Shown piece by piece: positions 39,178 to 48,997 of a DNA stretch of 64,000 nt. The stretch spans positions 992,001 through 1,056,000 of the forward strand of contig CAWKDB010000010.1 in the NCBI GenBank assembly GCA_963848295.1, read 5' to 3'. Made by a program: the position numbers and the translations under genes. Position 1 is the first letter of the stretch, and each line of letters starts with the position of its first letter. The notes below the pieces were generated by a model that saw only the letters and a program-made list of their open reading frames with translations, ran no database searches and was not told the DNA's origin. Source of the DNA: an uncultured delta proteobacterium. Its GTDB lineage: Bacteria > Myxococcota_A > Polyangia > Haliangiales > Haliangiaceae.

Positions 39178-40767
39178 ATGCCCGACGCCGTGCCACGGCA
39201 ACGCCGGTTCGGCGGCGCTCTCGCCGTCGGGCTCGGGATCTTTCTGTCGCGCATCACCGGGCTGATCCGCGAGCGCGTGCTGTCGTACACGCTCGGCCTG
39301 ACGCCGGCGGCCGATGCGTTCCGCGCAGCGCTGCGCATCCCGAATCTGCTGCAAAATCTATTGGGCGAGGGCGTGCTGTCCGCCTCGTTCATCCCGGTCT
39401 ACGCGCGGTTGTTGGCCGAGGGTCGCACCGAGGACGCCTCGCGGGTGGCGCGCGCGGTCGGGACGCTGCTCGCGCTCGCCGCGAGCGTGATCGCGCTGGC
39501 CGGCGTGCTCGCCGCGCCGCTGCTGGCCTACCTGCTCGTCCCCGGCTGGCACGGCGAAGAGCGCGAGCTGACGATCGTGCTCGTGCGGGTGATCTTCCCG
39601 GGCGTCGCGCTGCTCGTGATGTCCGCGTGGTGCCTCGGGGTGCTCAACAGCCATCGCAAGTTCTTTCTTAGCTACGTCTCGCCTGTGCTGTGGAACACCG
39701 CGCTGATCGCGACGACGATCGTCGCAGGACGGCGGCTCGCGGGCGACGACTTCGACATCGCCGTGTGGATCGCGTGGGGAATGGTGATCGGCTCGGCGGC
39801 GCAGTTTCTCGTCCAGCTGCCGACCGTGGCCGCGCTGCTAGGCTCGCTCAAACCATCGCTCGCGGTACGCGACGACGGCGTGCGCACCACGCTGCGCGCA
39901 TTCGCGCCGGTCGTGCTCGGCCGCGGATCGGTGCAGTTGTCGGGCTATATCGATCAGGCCCTCGCGAGCTGCCTCGCGACGGGGACGGTGGCGGCGATGT
40001 CCAGCGCGCAGGTGCTCTATCTGTTGCCGGTCAGCCTGTTCGGCATGGCGGTGAGCGCGGCCGAGCTCCCCGAGCTATCGAGCGTGCTCGGCGCAGACGA
40101 CGCGCGGATCGCGCAGATCCAGGTGCGGCTCGCCGCGGCGCTGCGCCGGATCGTGTTCCTCGTCGTACCTTCGGCGGTCGCGTTCGTCGCGATCGGCGGC
40201 TCGATCGTCGCGCTGCTGTTCCAGACCGGCCGATTCGACGCGCACGACACGCGGCTCGTGTGGCTCATCCTCGCCGGTTCGGCGATCGGGTTGTCGGCGG
40301 GCACGCAAGGGCGCCTGCTGGGGTCGGCGTTCTACGCGCTCGGCGATCCGAGGCCGCCGGTCCGGGCCGCGCTCGTGCGAGTGGCGATCACCGGCGTGGC
40401 GGGCTACGCGCTCGCGCTGCCGCTGCGCAAGGCGCTCGGATACGCATCGGAGTGGGGCGCGTTCGGGCTGTCGGCGAGCGCCGGGGTCGCCGCATGGATC
40501 GAGTTCTTGCTGCTGCGCCGGTGGTTGAACGCGCGGATCGGCGCGGTCGCGATTCCCGGCAAGCTCGGGCTCGGCGCCCTCGCCGCCGCGGTCGCCGCCG
40601 GTTCCTCCGGCTTTGGCGCCGGCGAGCTCGCCGCGCGTTGGTTCGTCACGCCGATCTCCGCGACCGCAGCGATCGTTGTCTTCGGGGGCGTCTATCTCGG
40701 CATCATGATCGCGGCGAAGGTGCCCGAGGCCGCGCCGTTCGCGCGCCGGCTGCGGCTTCGCCGGTGA
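39178..40767 (+). CDS. murJ: Lipid II flippase
   Basis: SRITGLIRE...ADAFRAALRIPNLLQNLLGEGVLSASFIP. Confidence 0.95.
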   Translation: MPDAVPRQRRFGGALAVGLGIFLSRITGLIRERVLSYTLGLTPAADAFRAALRIPNLLQNLLGEGVLSASFIPVYARLLAEGRTEDASRVARAVGTLLALAASVIALAGVLAAPLLAYLLVPGWHGEERELTIVLVRVIFPGVALLVMSAWCLGVLNSHRKFFLSYVSPVLWNTALIATTIVAGRRLAGDDFDIAVWIAWGMVIGSAAQFLVQLPTVAALLGSLKPSLAVRDDGVRTTLRAFAPVVLGRGSVQLSGYIDQALASCLATGTVAAMSSAQVLYLLPVSLFGMAVSAAELPELSSVLGADDARIAQIQVRLAAALRRIVFLVVPSAVAFVAIGGSIVALLFQTGRFDAHDTRLVWLILAGSAIGLSAGTQGRLLGSAFYALGDPRPPVRAALVRVAITGVAGYALALPLRKALGYASEWGAFGLSASAGVAAWIEFLLLRRWLNARIGAVAIPGKLGLGALAAAVAAGSSGFGAGELAARWFVTPISATAAIVVFGGVYLGIMIAAKVPEAAPFARRLRLRR

Positions 40768-40777
40768 CTCGAAGGGC

Positions 40778-42127
40778 TTAGTCGACCTCGACCGCTTGAA
40801 CGTCGCCCCGCTTGATCGCGGCACACAGCTGTTCCCAATCGCCGTTGACCTGATCCGCACCCCCAAACGCGAGCTTGGCGAATGCGCGATCGAGCTTGTC
40901 GCCGCGACCCGCATAGCCGGACATCACGGCCGCGTCGGCGGTGCGTGCGAACGCCTTCGCGAACGTCTCGCCGCACACGCGCGCGTACTCGACGAGCGAC
41001 GACCGCTTGAGATCCGCGGGATCGATCGCCGCTTTGTGATCGGAGAGCTGGCGCACGTAGCACGGGTCGCCATCGATCGTCGTCCAGCCGAGAAACGGAT
41101 CGGTCCACGTCTGCATCCGGTGTTGCCCTTCGGCGACGCGCTTGCCCTCGTGCGCCGACACCCGCGCATCGTGTACGACGACTTTCTGCGCGAGATAGCA
41201 GCTCGGCAGTGCCTGCTTGATCTGCAAGATCAGCGGATCGTCGATGCCGTTGCCTACGCACAACACGGCGTAGTTACGCGCACCGACCGAGCCGGTGCCA
41301 GCGATCTTGAACGCGACGTCGATCGGCTTGTAACAGTCGAGTACTTGCTGCCGGTTCGGGCCGAGCGTGTCGCGATAGTCGCGCAGCGACGCGAAGATCT
41401 TGTCGCGCTCCGCGGCATCGACCGGCACGAGCTTCGGCGGCATCGCCGCGAACTTCGGCTCGCCGTCGTGGCCGGTGACGGTGAGCTCGTCGCGGGCCGC
41501 GTGAGGCGACATCCGCTCCGATTTGCGCAGCACGCGCCCCACTGGGCCGTCGGGCTCGAACCGATGCACGCAGTAGCGCGCGAGGTCCATCGCCGGCATG
41601 TCAGCGAGGGCGTGCAGCGTGTCGCGCCACATTCGCATCATCGCGGTCACCGCGTCGCGCGCGACTTTGTCCGAGGTCCCGGCGTCGCGGCCGGCGACCA
41701 CGATGCTGATCGCGAGGCGCTTGAGATCGAATTCCCAAGGCGCGTAGCAGGTCTCGTCAAAGTCGTTGACGTCGAACACGATCCGGCCCTCGGGGCTAGC
41801 AAACGCGCCGAGGTTGCGAATGTGTGCGTCGCCGCAGATCTGCACGCTGTAGCCGGTCGTCGGCAGCGCCGCGAGATCCGAGGCCATCACCCACGCGCCG
41901 CCGCGCAGGAACCCGAACGGGCTCGCCGCCATCTTGCCGTGGCGAACCGCGAGGTACTCGGTGCGCCGACCGACCTCGCTCGCCTTGAGCCGGCCGAGCA
42001 TGTCGTGATCGCCGGTGACCCATTGCGCCTGATCGACGCGCTTGGCGCGATCGCGCAGCGACCGGCCGTACTGCTCGCGTTCGACCCGCGGCAGGTAGCG
42101 CGGTGGTTCGGCGGCGGCAGGCGTCAC
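40778..42127 (-). CDS. DUF2252-family protein
   Basis: RHGKMAASPFGFLRG, QICGDAHIRNLG, FDVNDFDE, GTGSVG; GTGA overlap with the SDR gene. Confidence 0.92.
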   Translation of the reverse strand: MTPAAAEPPRYLPRVEREQYGRSLRDRAKRVDQAQWVTGDHDMLGRLKASEVGRRTEYLAVRHGKMAASPFGFLRGGAWVMASDLAALPTTGYSVQICGDAHIRNLGAFASPEGRIVFDVNDFDETCYAPWEFDLKRLAISIVVAGRDAGTSDKVARDAVTAMMRMWRDTLHALADMPAMDLARYCVHRFEPDGPVGRVLRKSERMSPHAARDELTVTGHDGEPKFAAMPPKLVPVDAAERDKIFASLRDYRDTLGPNRQQVLDCYKPIDVAFKIAGTGSVGARNYAVLCVGNGIDDPLILQIKQALPSCYLAQKVVVHDARVSAHEGKRVAEGQHRMQTWTDPFLGWTTIDGDPCYVRQLSDHKAAIDPADLKRSSLVEYARVCGETFAKAFARTADAAVMSGYAGRGDKLDRAFAKLAFGGADQVNGDWEQLCAAIKRGDVQAVEVD

Positions 42128-43704
42128 CACGGCGCCGGTTTGTAGTCTTTCAGGAATAGCCCCCATGCGTGGTTCCCCGTGTTCAGCCCGTCGAAGATCG
42201 GATCGACGATCCGCGCCGCGCCATCGACGATATCGAGCGGCGGATGAAATCCGTGGATGCGTTGCTTGCGCTCGGCGTGATGCTGCGGATCCTCGTCGGT
42301 GACCCAGCCGGTGTCGACGCTGTTCATGTGGATGCCGTCGCGCACGTAGTCCGCCGCCGACGTCCGCGTCATCATGTTGAGCGCGGCCTTCGCCATGTTC
42401 GTGTGCGGATGCTTGTCGGTCTTCCACCGGCGGTAGAACTGACCTTCCATCGCCGAGACATTGACGACGTGCGCGTCGCGCGTCGGCACCGCCGCGAGCA
42501 ACGGCCGCAACCGCGCGTTGAGCACGAACGGCGCGACCGCGTTGACGAGATGGACCTCGAGCAGCTCGGCGGTCGGCACGTCGGCGAGCGTCATCCGCCA
42601 CGTGTTGAAGTCGCGCAGGTCGACCTGCTGCAAGTCCTGATCGAGCCGGCCCTGCGGATACAACGCGCCGCCGCGCTCGAGATCCTCGGCGAGCAGCGGC
42701 ACCTGCGAGAGCACCGCGGACTTCCACAAGCCGGTCGCGCGGATCTCGGCCGCCGGCTGGCCCGCGAGCGCATGGCCGCCCTCACCGCTCGGCAGCTCGC
42801 CGCGCAACGCGCGATTGCGCTCGAGCACGGCGCGCTCGAACGGCGTCGTCGCGAGCTCGTCCTCGCCCTTGACGACGTGGTCGTACCACCCCGACGGCCG
42901 GCGCACGGTCTGGCACGCGTTGTTGATGATCCCGTCGAGCCGGCGCTGGGTCTCGAGCAGGTGGCGCGCGAGCAGCTCGACGCTCGGCGTGTGGCGCAGA
43001 TCGATGCCGTAGACGTGCAGCCGGTCCTGCCAGTCGCTCGCGTCCTGCTCGCCGGAGAACCGCCGCGCCGCGTCGCGGGGAAATCGCGTCGCGACGATCA
43101 CGTCGGCACCGGCGCGCAGCAACTTGATCGCCGCTTGGTAGCCGATCTTGACGCGCGCTCCGGTGACGAGCATGACCCGGCCGCGCAGATCCGCGGACTC
43201 GTCGCGCTTGCGATAGTTGAGCTCGGCGCACGCCAGGCACAGCTGGTCGTAGAAGAAATGCAGCTCGTGGAAGTGGCGCTTGCAGATGTAGCAAAACCGC
43301 GCGTCCTCGACGACCCGCGGCGCGCTGTCGCCGCGCTGCGCCTCGGCCGCGGCCCACGGATCGTCGCCGCCCTCGTCGTCGCGCACCGGCGCCTCGAGCG
43401 GCTGGTTCGGCATCGGCAACGGCGTGCGAAACACCGGCTCGCGGCGCAGCGCGCGAATCCCGGTCTGATCGAGCACCGCGTTGTCGGCCTCGCGCCGCGC
43501 CTTGACCCGCGCGCGCATCAGCGCCTTGCCGAGCGCCTTGCGGCGATAGCGGTCCGGCCGCGACAGCTGGCCGGCCGCCGCGACGAGCCGAACCCGCAGC
43601 TCCTCCGACAGCTCCGCGAGCTTCGGCAGATCACCGCCGAGCTCTTCGATCAGCTCGACCGCCGCGCGCACGCGGGCCGAGAGCTCGTCGTCAGCGGTCG
43701 ACAT
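42124..43704 (-). CDS. Extended SDR-family oxidoreductase with Cys-motif N-terminus
   Basis: CYICK...LCLAC; VTGARVKIG; HPHTNMAKAALNM. Confidence 0.9.
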   Translation of the reverse strand: MSTADDELSARVRAAVELIEELGGDLPKLAELSEELRVRLVAAAGQLSRPDRYRRKALGKALMRARVKARREADNAVLDQTGIRALRREPVFRTPLPMPNQPLEAPVRDDEGGDDPWAAAEAQRGDSAPRVVEDARFCYICKRHFHELHFFYDQLCLACAELNYRKRDESADLRGRVMLVTGARVKIGYQAAIKLLRAGADVIVATRFPRDAARRFSGEQDASDWQDRLHVYGIDLRHTPSVELLARHLLETQRRLDGIINNACQTVRRPSGWYDHVVKGEDELATTPFERAVLERNRALRGELPSGEGGHALAGQPAAEIRATGLWKSAVLSQVPLLAEDLERGGALYPQGRLDQDLQQVDLRDFNTWRMTLADVPTAELLEVHLVNAVAPFVLNARLRPLLAAVPTRDAHVVNVSAMEGQFYRRWKTDKHPHTNMAKAALNMMTRTSAADYVRDGIHMNSVDTGWVTDEDPQHHAERKQRIHGFHPPLDIVDGAARIVDPIFDGLNTGNHAWGLFLKDYKPAPW

Positions 43705-43873
43705 CGGTCGTACAGCCTATACCTCCGGACCGCCTCATCGGCGTAGGCACGTGTTGAGAGTCGAGGTGCCCGGGCCTTTGGCCATCGGCGTGACTGGCAC
43801 GTGCGCTCGTCGGGTCCGCGTCTGAAATTCGAAAGCACCTTGCCGATCCACCACGCAAGACGGAGACTGTTGC

Positions 43874-45028
43874 ATGCACTGGCTGCGGCACGCAGGCGTT
43901 CTGCTCGTTGCCTGCAGCCCCGTTCCAACGAGCGCCCTCATCACCGCGCCGCCGGCGACGACGACGCCCTGCGTCGGGACCACGCTGGAGCCACTGGCGC
44001 CGGATCCCCTCGGATGGGTCGACCACCTCGTGTGGCTAGACTCCACGACGCTCGTCGCGTTCGTCGGCGGCGGGCCGAACTTGCAAGCGAACGGCCTGCT
44101 CGTCCTCGACGTCCCCGCCCGGACGATCCGGCGTGCGTTTCGCGGGCTCGGGCCGATCGGAAATGCAGCATTCCGCGTGGGCTCCCGCGGCGAGCTCCTG
44201 TTCTCTGATCAGCTCTACCGCGACACCAGGTGGGAACACCGTGTCGGCACGCTGGATCTGGCCACCGGCTGCGTCCGCGCGTCGCGCGACATCGGGACCT
44301 GGAACGTCGCGATCGATCCGGCAAACGACGGATTCGTGGTGGCAGCCGACTCCACCCCCGATGGCGGCTCGACGGCGCTCGTCCGCTACGACGCTGCCAC
44401 GCTAACGCCCAGTCCCAAGCGAAGCGTGCCTCGGTTCGATGCGCTCAGCTATGACCCTACGAGCAACCGACTCGTCGCGTCGAGCTATGGCGACGACCCG
44501 ATCCGCACGCGCGATCCGATCACGCTCGACGAGCGCGAGGCGAAGTCGCTCGCCGTTAGTGTTCGCACGGGGTTCTCGCTGCGCCCGGCGCATGCGGAGA
44601 TCGCGATGGGGTACACGAAGTGCACCCCGACAGGGCGTCCGACTCGTAGGCCGAGCATGCGCGTCGCTTGCCGCGAGGGCACGCAGGAGGTCGGCTGGGT
44701 GACCGTCGGCCTTGATCCGCTTGTCGAGGTCAGGCGAGTCGAGCGTCCGGTCGACGCATGGAACTGTGACGATCGCCGAATCTCGTGGACACCCGACGGC
44801 GCGCGCGCGTTCATCCCGTGTCACGGCGTGAGCCAATGGATGGAGTGGACGCCGGACACCGGCGCGTTTCGCTTGATCCCAGCGCCTCCGCTCGACTACT
44901 GGGCGCGCACCGCCTGGGCACCCGACGGCGACACCTTCGCTGGCTTCGGGGCCGGCGACACGATCGACGTGCGATCGATCTCGACCGGGAACCTCCTGTG
45001 GCAGATCCCGTTGCGAAAGAGCCCGTAG
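43874..45028 (+). CDS. Beta-propeller-like lipoprotein
   Basis: Lipobox LVAC; SWTPDG and AWAPDG repeats. Confidence 0.7.
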   Translation: MHWLRHAGVLLVACSPVPTSALITAPPATTTPCVGTTLEPLAPDPLGWVDHLVWLDSTTLVAFVGGGPNLQANGLLVLDVPARTIRRAFRGLGPIGNAAFRVGSRGELLFSDQLYRDTRWEHRVGTLDLATGCVRASRDIGTWNVAIDPANDGFVVAADSTPDGGSTALVRYDAATLTPSPKRSVPRFDALSYDPTSNRLVASSYGDDPIRTRDPITLDEREAKSLAVSVRTGFSLRPAHAEIAMGYTKCTPTGRPTRRPSMRVACREGTQEVGWVTVGLDPLVEVRRVERPVDAWNCDDRRISWTPDGARAFIPCHGVSQWMEWTPDTGAFRLIPAPPLDYWARTAWAPDGDTFAGFGAGDTIDVRSISTGNLLWQIPLRKSP

Positions 45029-45118
45029 CTCGCGTGCGGTCGGTCGGGCGGCCACTGCGTGTGCAGGCGACCACCCGCGCCTACGCTTACGCAGTCGGAA
45101 TCTAGTAGGGTGCCTGCG

Positions 45119-46444
45119 ATGATCATCGGCAAGCGGATCCTCGGAAAGGCGATCGCGACGTATCTCGGGCCGACCGGCGAGGCAGCCCGCCGCGCCGTCT
45201 CCCAGGTCCGGCAGCGGGTCGCGGGCACCTCGAAGACGCGGGTCGATTTCTACTTCGACATCGCGGATGCGTGGAGCTACGTCGCGGCGCAGGCGGCGAG
45301 CCGGCTCGCCGAGGCCTATCCGATCGAGCTCGCGATCCACATCGTCACGCCCCCCGCGTCCGACGTCGACCCGATGCCGCTGCTGCGCGCGAGCCAAGCG
45401 GTGCGCGATTGCCAGCAGCTCGCCGACTACTTCGACATCGACTTCCCCGGCAAGAAGCCCGCCGACGGCAACGCCGTGCGCGATGCCGGTACCGTGCTGA
45501 TTCGCGATCGGCCCGCGCGCGACCAGCTGCGCGCAGCGCTCGAGCTCGGTGCCGCGACGTGGGCCAACGATCGCAAGGCGCTCACGAAGTTGCAGGGCGT
45601 GTGGGGCACCGAGGCGCACGTCTCCGTGCCGCCGATCCTGAGCAGCAAGTACGCCGAGCTGCGCAAAGCCGGCCACTACATGGGCGCGATGTTCCAGTTC
45701 GCGGGCGAGTGGTACTGGGGCATCGATCGCTTGCCGTACCTCGAGTCCGCGCTCGCTCGCGCGCTGGGCTGCGACGTCGCCCATGTCGTGACGCCGCGAC
45801 CGCAAGGGGATCGTGGGCCGGTCGCGCTGTCCGCCAAGCCGCTGACCTGCGAGCTGTGGTTCTCGTTCCGCTCGCCATATTCGTATCTCGCGGTCGAGCA
45901 GATCGAGGCGGTGCTCGCGCCGTATGGCGTGCCGCTCGTGCTCCGGCCGGTCGCGCCGATGATCGCGCGCGGCCTGCCGATGCCGACGGTGAAGAAGATG
46001 TACATCGTGCGAGACGCGAAGCGCGAAGCCGATCGGCTCGGCATCCCGTTCGGCGAGCTCTGCGATCCAGCGGGCGCCGGCGCCGAAAATTGCATCGCGA
46101 TCGCCGCGCTCGCCGCCGAACGCGGCAAGCTGCTGGAGTTCACGAAGTCGGCGATGCGCGGGATCTGGTCGGAGGCGCGCGATGTCGCGGAGTACGTCGA
46201 CTTGCGTTACCTGACCGAGCGCGCCGGTCTGGACTGGACCGAAGCGCGCGCGGCGCTCGAGCGCAAGGCCGCCGCGATGAAGGGCGCGCAAGGGAATGCC
46301 ACCGATCTCGCGGTCGTCGGCTTGTGGGGCGTTCCGTCGTTTCGGATCGGAGACCTGGTCGCGTGGGGTCAGGATCGCCTGCCGCTGATTGCCGATCGGT
46401 TGCGCCGGCACGCGGCGGCGCCCGCAGTGGGCGCGATTCCGTAG
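45119..46444 (+). CDS. Tandem DsbA-like / HCCA isomerase (GST-kappa) protein
   Basis: Two domains: FYFDIADAWSY...WGIDRL and WFSFRSPYSY...WGVPSF...WGQDRL. Confidence 0.88.
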   Translation: MIIGKRILGKAIATYLGPTGEAARRAVSQVRQRVAGTSKTRVDFYFDIADAWSYVAAQAASRLAEAYPIELAIHIVTPPASDVDPMPLLRASQAVRDCQQLADYFDIDFPGKKPADGNAVRDAGTVLIRDRPARDQLRAALELGAATWANDRKALTKLQGVWGTEAHVSVPPILSSKYAELRKAGHYMGAMFQFAGEWYWGIDRLPYLESALARALGCDVAHVVTPRPQGDRGPVALSAKPLTCELWFSFRSPYSYLAVEQIEAVLAPYGVPLVLRPVAPMIARGLPMPTVKKMYIVRDAKREADRLGIPFGELCDPAGAGAENCIAIAALAAERGKLLEFTKSAMRGIWSEARDVAEYVDLRYLTERAGLDWTEARAALERKAAAMKGAQGNATDLAVVGLWGVPSFRIGDLVAWGQDRLPLIADRLRRHAAAPAVGAIP

Positions 46445-46461
46445 TACAAAGAGGGACCGGG

Positions 46462-47094
46462 ATGTACCGCGCCGTCGTACTCGGATTGCTGCTCGGCGCT
46501 TGCCAGAGCGACGTCCACACGCCGTTCCCCGCCGGACTCGAGCCGCTCGAGGACAACCCGGTGCCGATCCAGGACGCACCGTACACCGAGACGCTCGCGC
46601 TCCAGACCGACACGACCGACTACCTCAAGGCGTATGGCGTCGGCTACGTCCTGCTCGACCCGGGCACGGTGTGGGCGATGGTCAAGAACCCACAGGCGAT
46701 GGTCGCGGTGTGTACGACGACCACCCAGACGATCACGCCGGACGACGAACCGGAGTACGAGTTCAGCTTCCTCGTCGACTACGTCGTGAACGACGTGCTC
46801 ACCGTCGAGTGGGACGACGCGTGGCGCTACGGCACGATCACCGGACCCGAGACCGAGCCGACGCTCGCGATCATCAAGCACCAGAAGACCGACGGGTCGA
46901 GCTTCATCAAGCTGAGCGAAGGCACGATCGAATTTTCGCCCACCCCGGATGACCCGAACGTCACCGAGGTCTCGATGGTCGAGCACCTCAACGCGGTCGG
47001 CAGCACGATCGATGATCTGGTCGCCGGCGTGAACCATACGTACGCGTCGATCGTGGCTATTTCTCACGGCAATCCGGTCCCGGCCTGTCCGTAG
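46462..47094 (+). CDS. Hypothetical lipoprotein (possible START/SRPBCC-like fold)
   Basis: Lipobox LGAC; SD-like GAGGGA upstream. Confidence 0.75.
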   Translation: MYRAVVLGLLLGACQSDVHTPFPAGLEPLEDNPVPIQDAPYTETLALQTDTTDYLKAYGVGYVLLDPGTVWAMVKNPQAMVAVCTTTTQTITPDDEPEYEFSFLVDYVVNDVLTVEWDDAWRYGTITGPETEPTLAIIKHQKTDGSSFIKLSEGTIEFSPTPDDPNVTEVSMVEHLNAVGSTIDDLVAGVNHTYASIVAISHGNPVPACP

Positions 47095-47106
47095 TACGCT
47101 GGGGGT

Positions 47107-48462
47107 ATGGGCGAGCAGTTCGGCCCGTACCTGGTGTACGAGCAGATCGGCATGGGCGGCATGGCGTCGGTCCATCGCGCCGAGACGCAGGGCATCGCCG
47201 GGTTCACCCGGCCCGTCGCGCTCAAGCGCATGCTGCCCCACGTCGCCGCGAACGAAGAGCTGGTCAAATCGTTCGTGCGCGAAGCCCGGCTCGCGAGCCA
47301 CCTCCGCCACGAGAACGTCGCGCAGACCTACGAGCTCGGCAAGGTCGACGACATCTACTTCATCGCGATGGAGCTCGTCGAGGGCCGCACGCTGCGCGCC
47401 CTGCTCCGCCAGTGCTCGAAGGTCGGAGCGATGCCGTTGCCGATCGCGCTGAATCTGTTGAACCAGATCTGCGACGCGCTCGACTACGCGCATAACCTGT
47501 GCGACGAGACCGGCCAGAAGCTCGGGATCATTCATCGCGACGTCTCGCCGACGAACATCATCGTGTCGGAAGGCGGCGTCGCGAAGCTGATCGACTTCGG
47601 CATCGCGAAGGCGTCGGGGCTGGGCATGCAGACGATGTCCGGCCTGATCAAAGGCAAGTTCGGCTACATGGCGCCGGAGTATCTCGAGGGGCGAATCGAT
47701 GCGCGCGCCGATCTGTTCGCGCTCGGCGCGATCGCGTTCGAGGTCCTCGCGAACAAGCCGCTGTTCCTGGCCGGCGACGACATGGGCACGCTCAACAACC
47801 TGCGCGAGATGTCGATCCGGCCGCCGTCGACGGTCAACCCCCAGGTCCCGCGCGAGGTCGACGACATCATCATGACCGCGCTGCAGCGCGATCCGGACCG
47901 GCGCTGGCAACAAGCGACCGCGCTGCGCACCGCGATGACGACGGTGACCAAGCGGCTCGGGCTGGTCGTGATGAACAGCCAGGTCGTCGATTGGATCGAC
48001 TGGGCGTTCCGCCAGACCGACGACGCGGCGACCACGCGCAACGTGGCGGACGAACCGAGCATCTCGATCGAGCGGATGACGAGCGCGACCGAGCCTAGCT
48101 CGACGTGGAACGCGCCGACGACACCGCGCAACCGCGGCGAGACCCCAGCGATGAACGCGCTGAGGCCGGCCGAGGCCTCGTCGACGACCCCGACCCAGAT
48201 GAAGACGCTCGCGTACGTGCCGGCGCCGCGCCACCCACCGAGCGCACCGCCGCAGCCCGCGTTGGCGTCGTCGGAGATCCTCCGGCCGAGCGCGCAGATT
48301 TCAACGTCCGCAGCGCCCATGGTGCCCGCGGTATCTGCTGCGGATACGACCGAGCCGGTCCGAGCGCCGCGCGATCAGCCGAGCACGGTCGGGGTGTGGA
48401 TCGCAGCGCTGCTCGTCCTCCTCCTCGCCGCCGGTATCACGTACGTGGTTTACTTCGGTTAG
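47107..48462 (+). CDS. Ser/Thr kinase with C-terminal membrane anchor
   Basis: GGMASVH, HRDVSPTN, DFG, GKFGYMAPE. Confidence 0.93.
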   Translation: MGEQFGPYLVYEQIGMGGMASVHRAETQGIAGFTRPVALKRMLPHVAANEELVKSFVREARLASHLRHENVAQTYELGKVDDIYFIAMELVEGRTLRALLRQCSKVGAMPLPIALNLLNQICDALDYAHNLCDETGQKLGIIHRDVSPTNIIVSEGGVAKLIDFGIAKASGLGMQTMSGLIKGKFGYMAPEYLEGRIDARADLFALGAIAFEVLANKPLFLAGDDMGTLNNLREMSIRPPSTVNPQVPREVDDIIMTALQRDPDRRWQQATALRTAMTTVTKRLGLVVMNSQVVDWIDWAFRQTDDAATTRNVADEPSISIERMTSATEPSSTWNAPTTPRNRGETPAMNALRPAEASSTTPTQMKTLAYVPAPRHPPSAPPQPALASSEILRPSAQISTSAAPMVPAVSAADTTEPVRAPRDQPSTVGVWIAALLVLLLAAGITYVVYFG

Positions 48463-48466
48463 CCGG

Positions 48467-48997
48467 ATGACGAAGCGACGCATCGCGCTGATCTCGACGG
48501 GAGGCACGATCGAGAAGACGTACAACGAGCTGTCCGGCGTGCTCGCGAACCAGCTCTCGGTGCTCGACATCATGCTCGCCGCGCTCGAGCTGCGCGGCGT
48601 GGCGATCGATCGGATCGCGCTCATGAACAAGGACAGCCTCGACATGTCGAACGACGATCACTCGCTGATCGCCGAGACCGCCGCGCGACTCGCCGCGGAA
48701 CGCGATGGCGTCGTCGTCGTCCACGGCACCGACCGGCTCGCGACGACGGGCGACCGGATCGTCGAGCTCGTCGGGACGCCGGCGTCGCCGATCGTGCTGA
48801 CAGGCGCGATGCGCCCGTACGAGCTGAAGTCGACCGACGCGTCGCAGAACCTGACCGAGGCGTTGCTCGCGGTGCAACTCGTGCCGCCCGGGGTGTATGT
48901 CGCGATGCACAACCAGCTGCTACGATTCCCGGGCGTCGTGAAGGATCGCGTACTGGGGACTTTCGTGGGGACGGGCGATGGCGATTCCATCGGCTGA
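48467..48997 (+). CDS. Short asparaginase N-terminal-domain protein
   Basis: STGGTIEK, KDSLDM, HGTD, LTGAM. Confidence 0.88.
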   Translation: MTKRRIALISTGGTIEKTYNELSGVLANQLSVLDIMLAALELRGVAIDRIALMNKDSLDMSNDDHSLIAETAARLAAERDGVVVVHGTDRLATTGDRIVELVGTPASPIVLTGAMRPYELKSTDASQNLTEALLAVQLVPPGVYVAMHNQLLRFPGVVKDRVLGTFVGTGDGDSIG

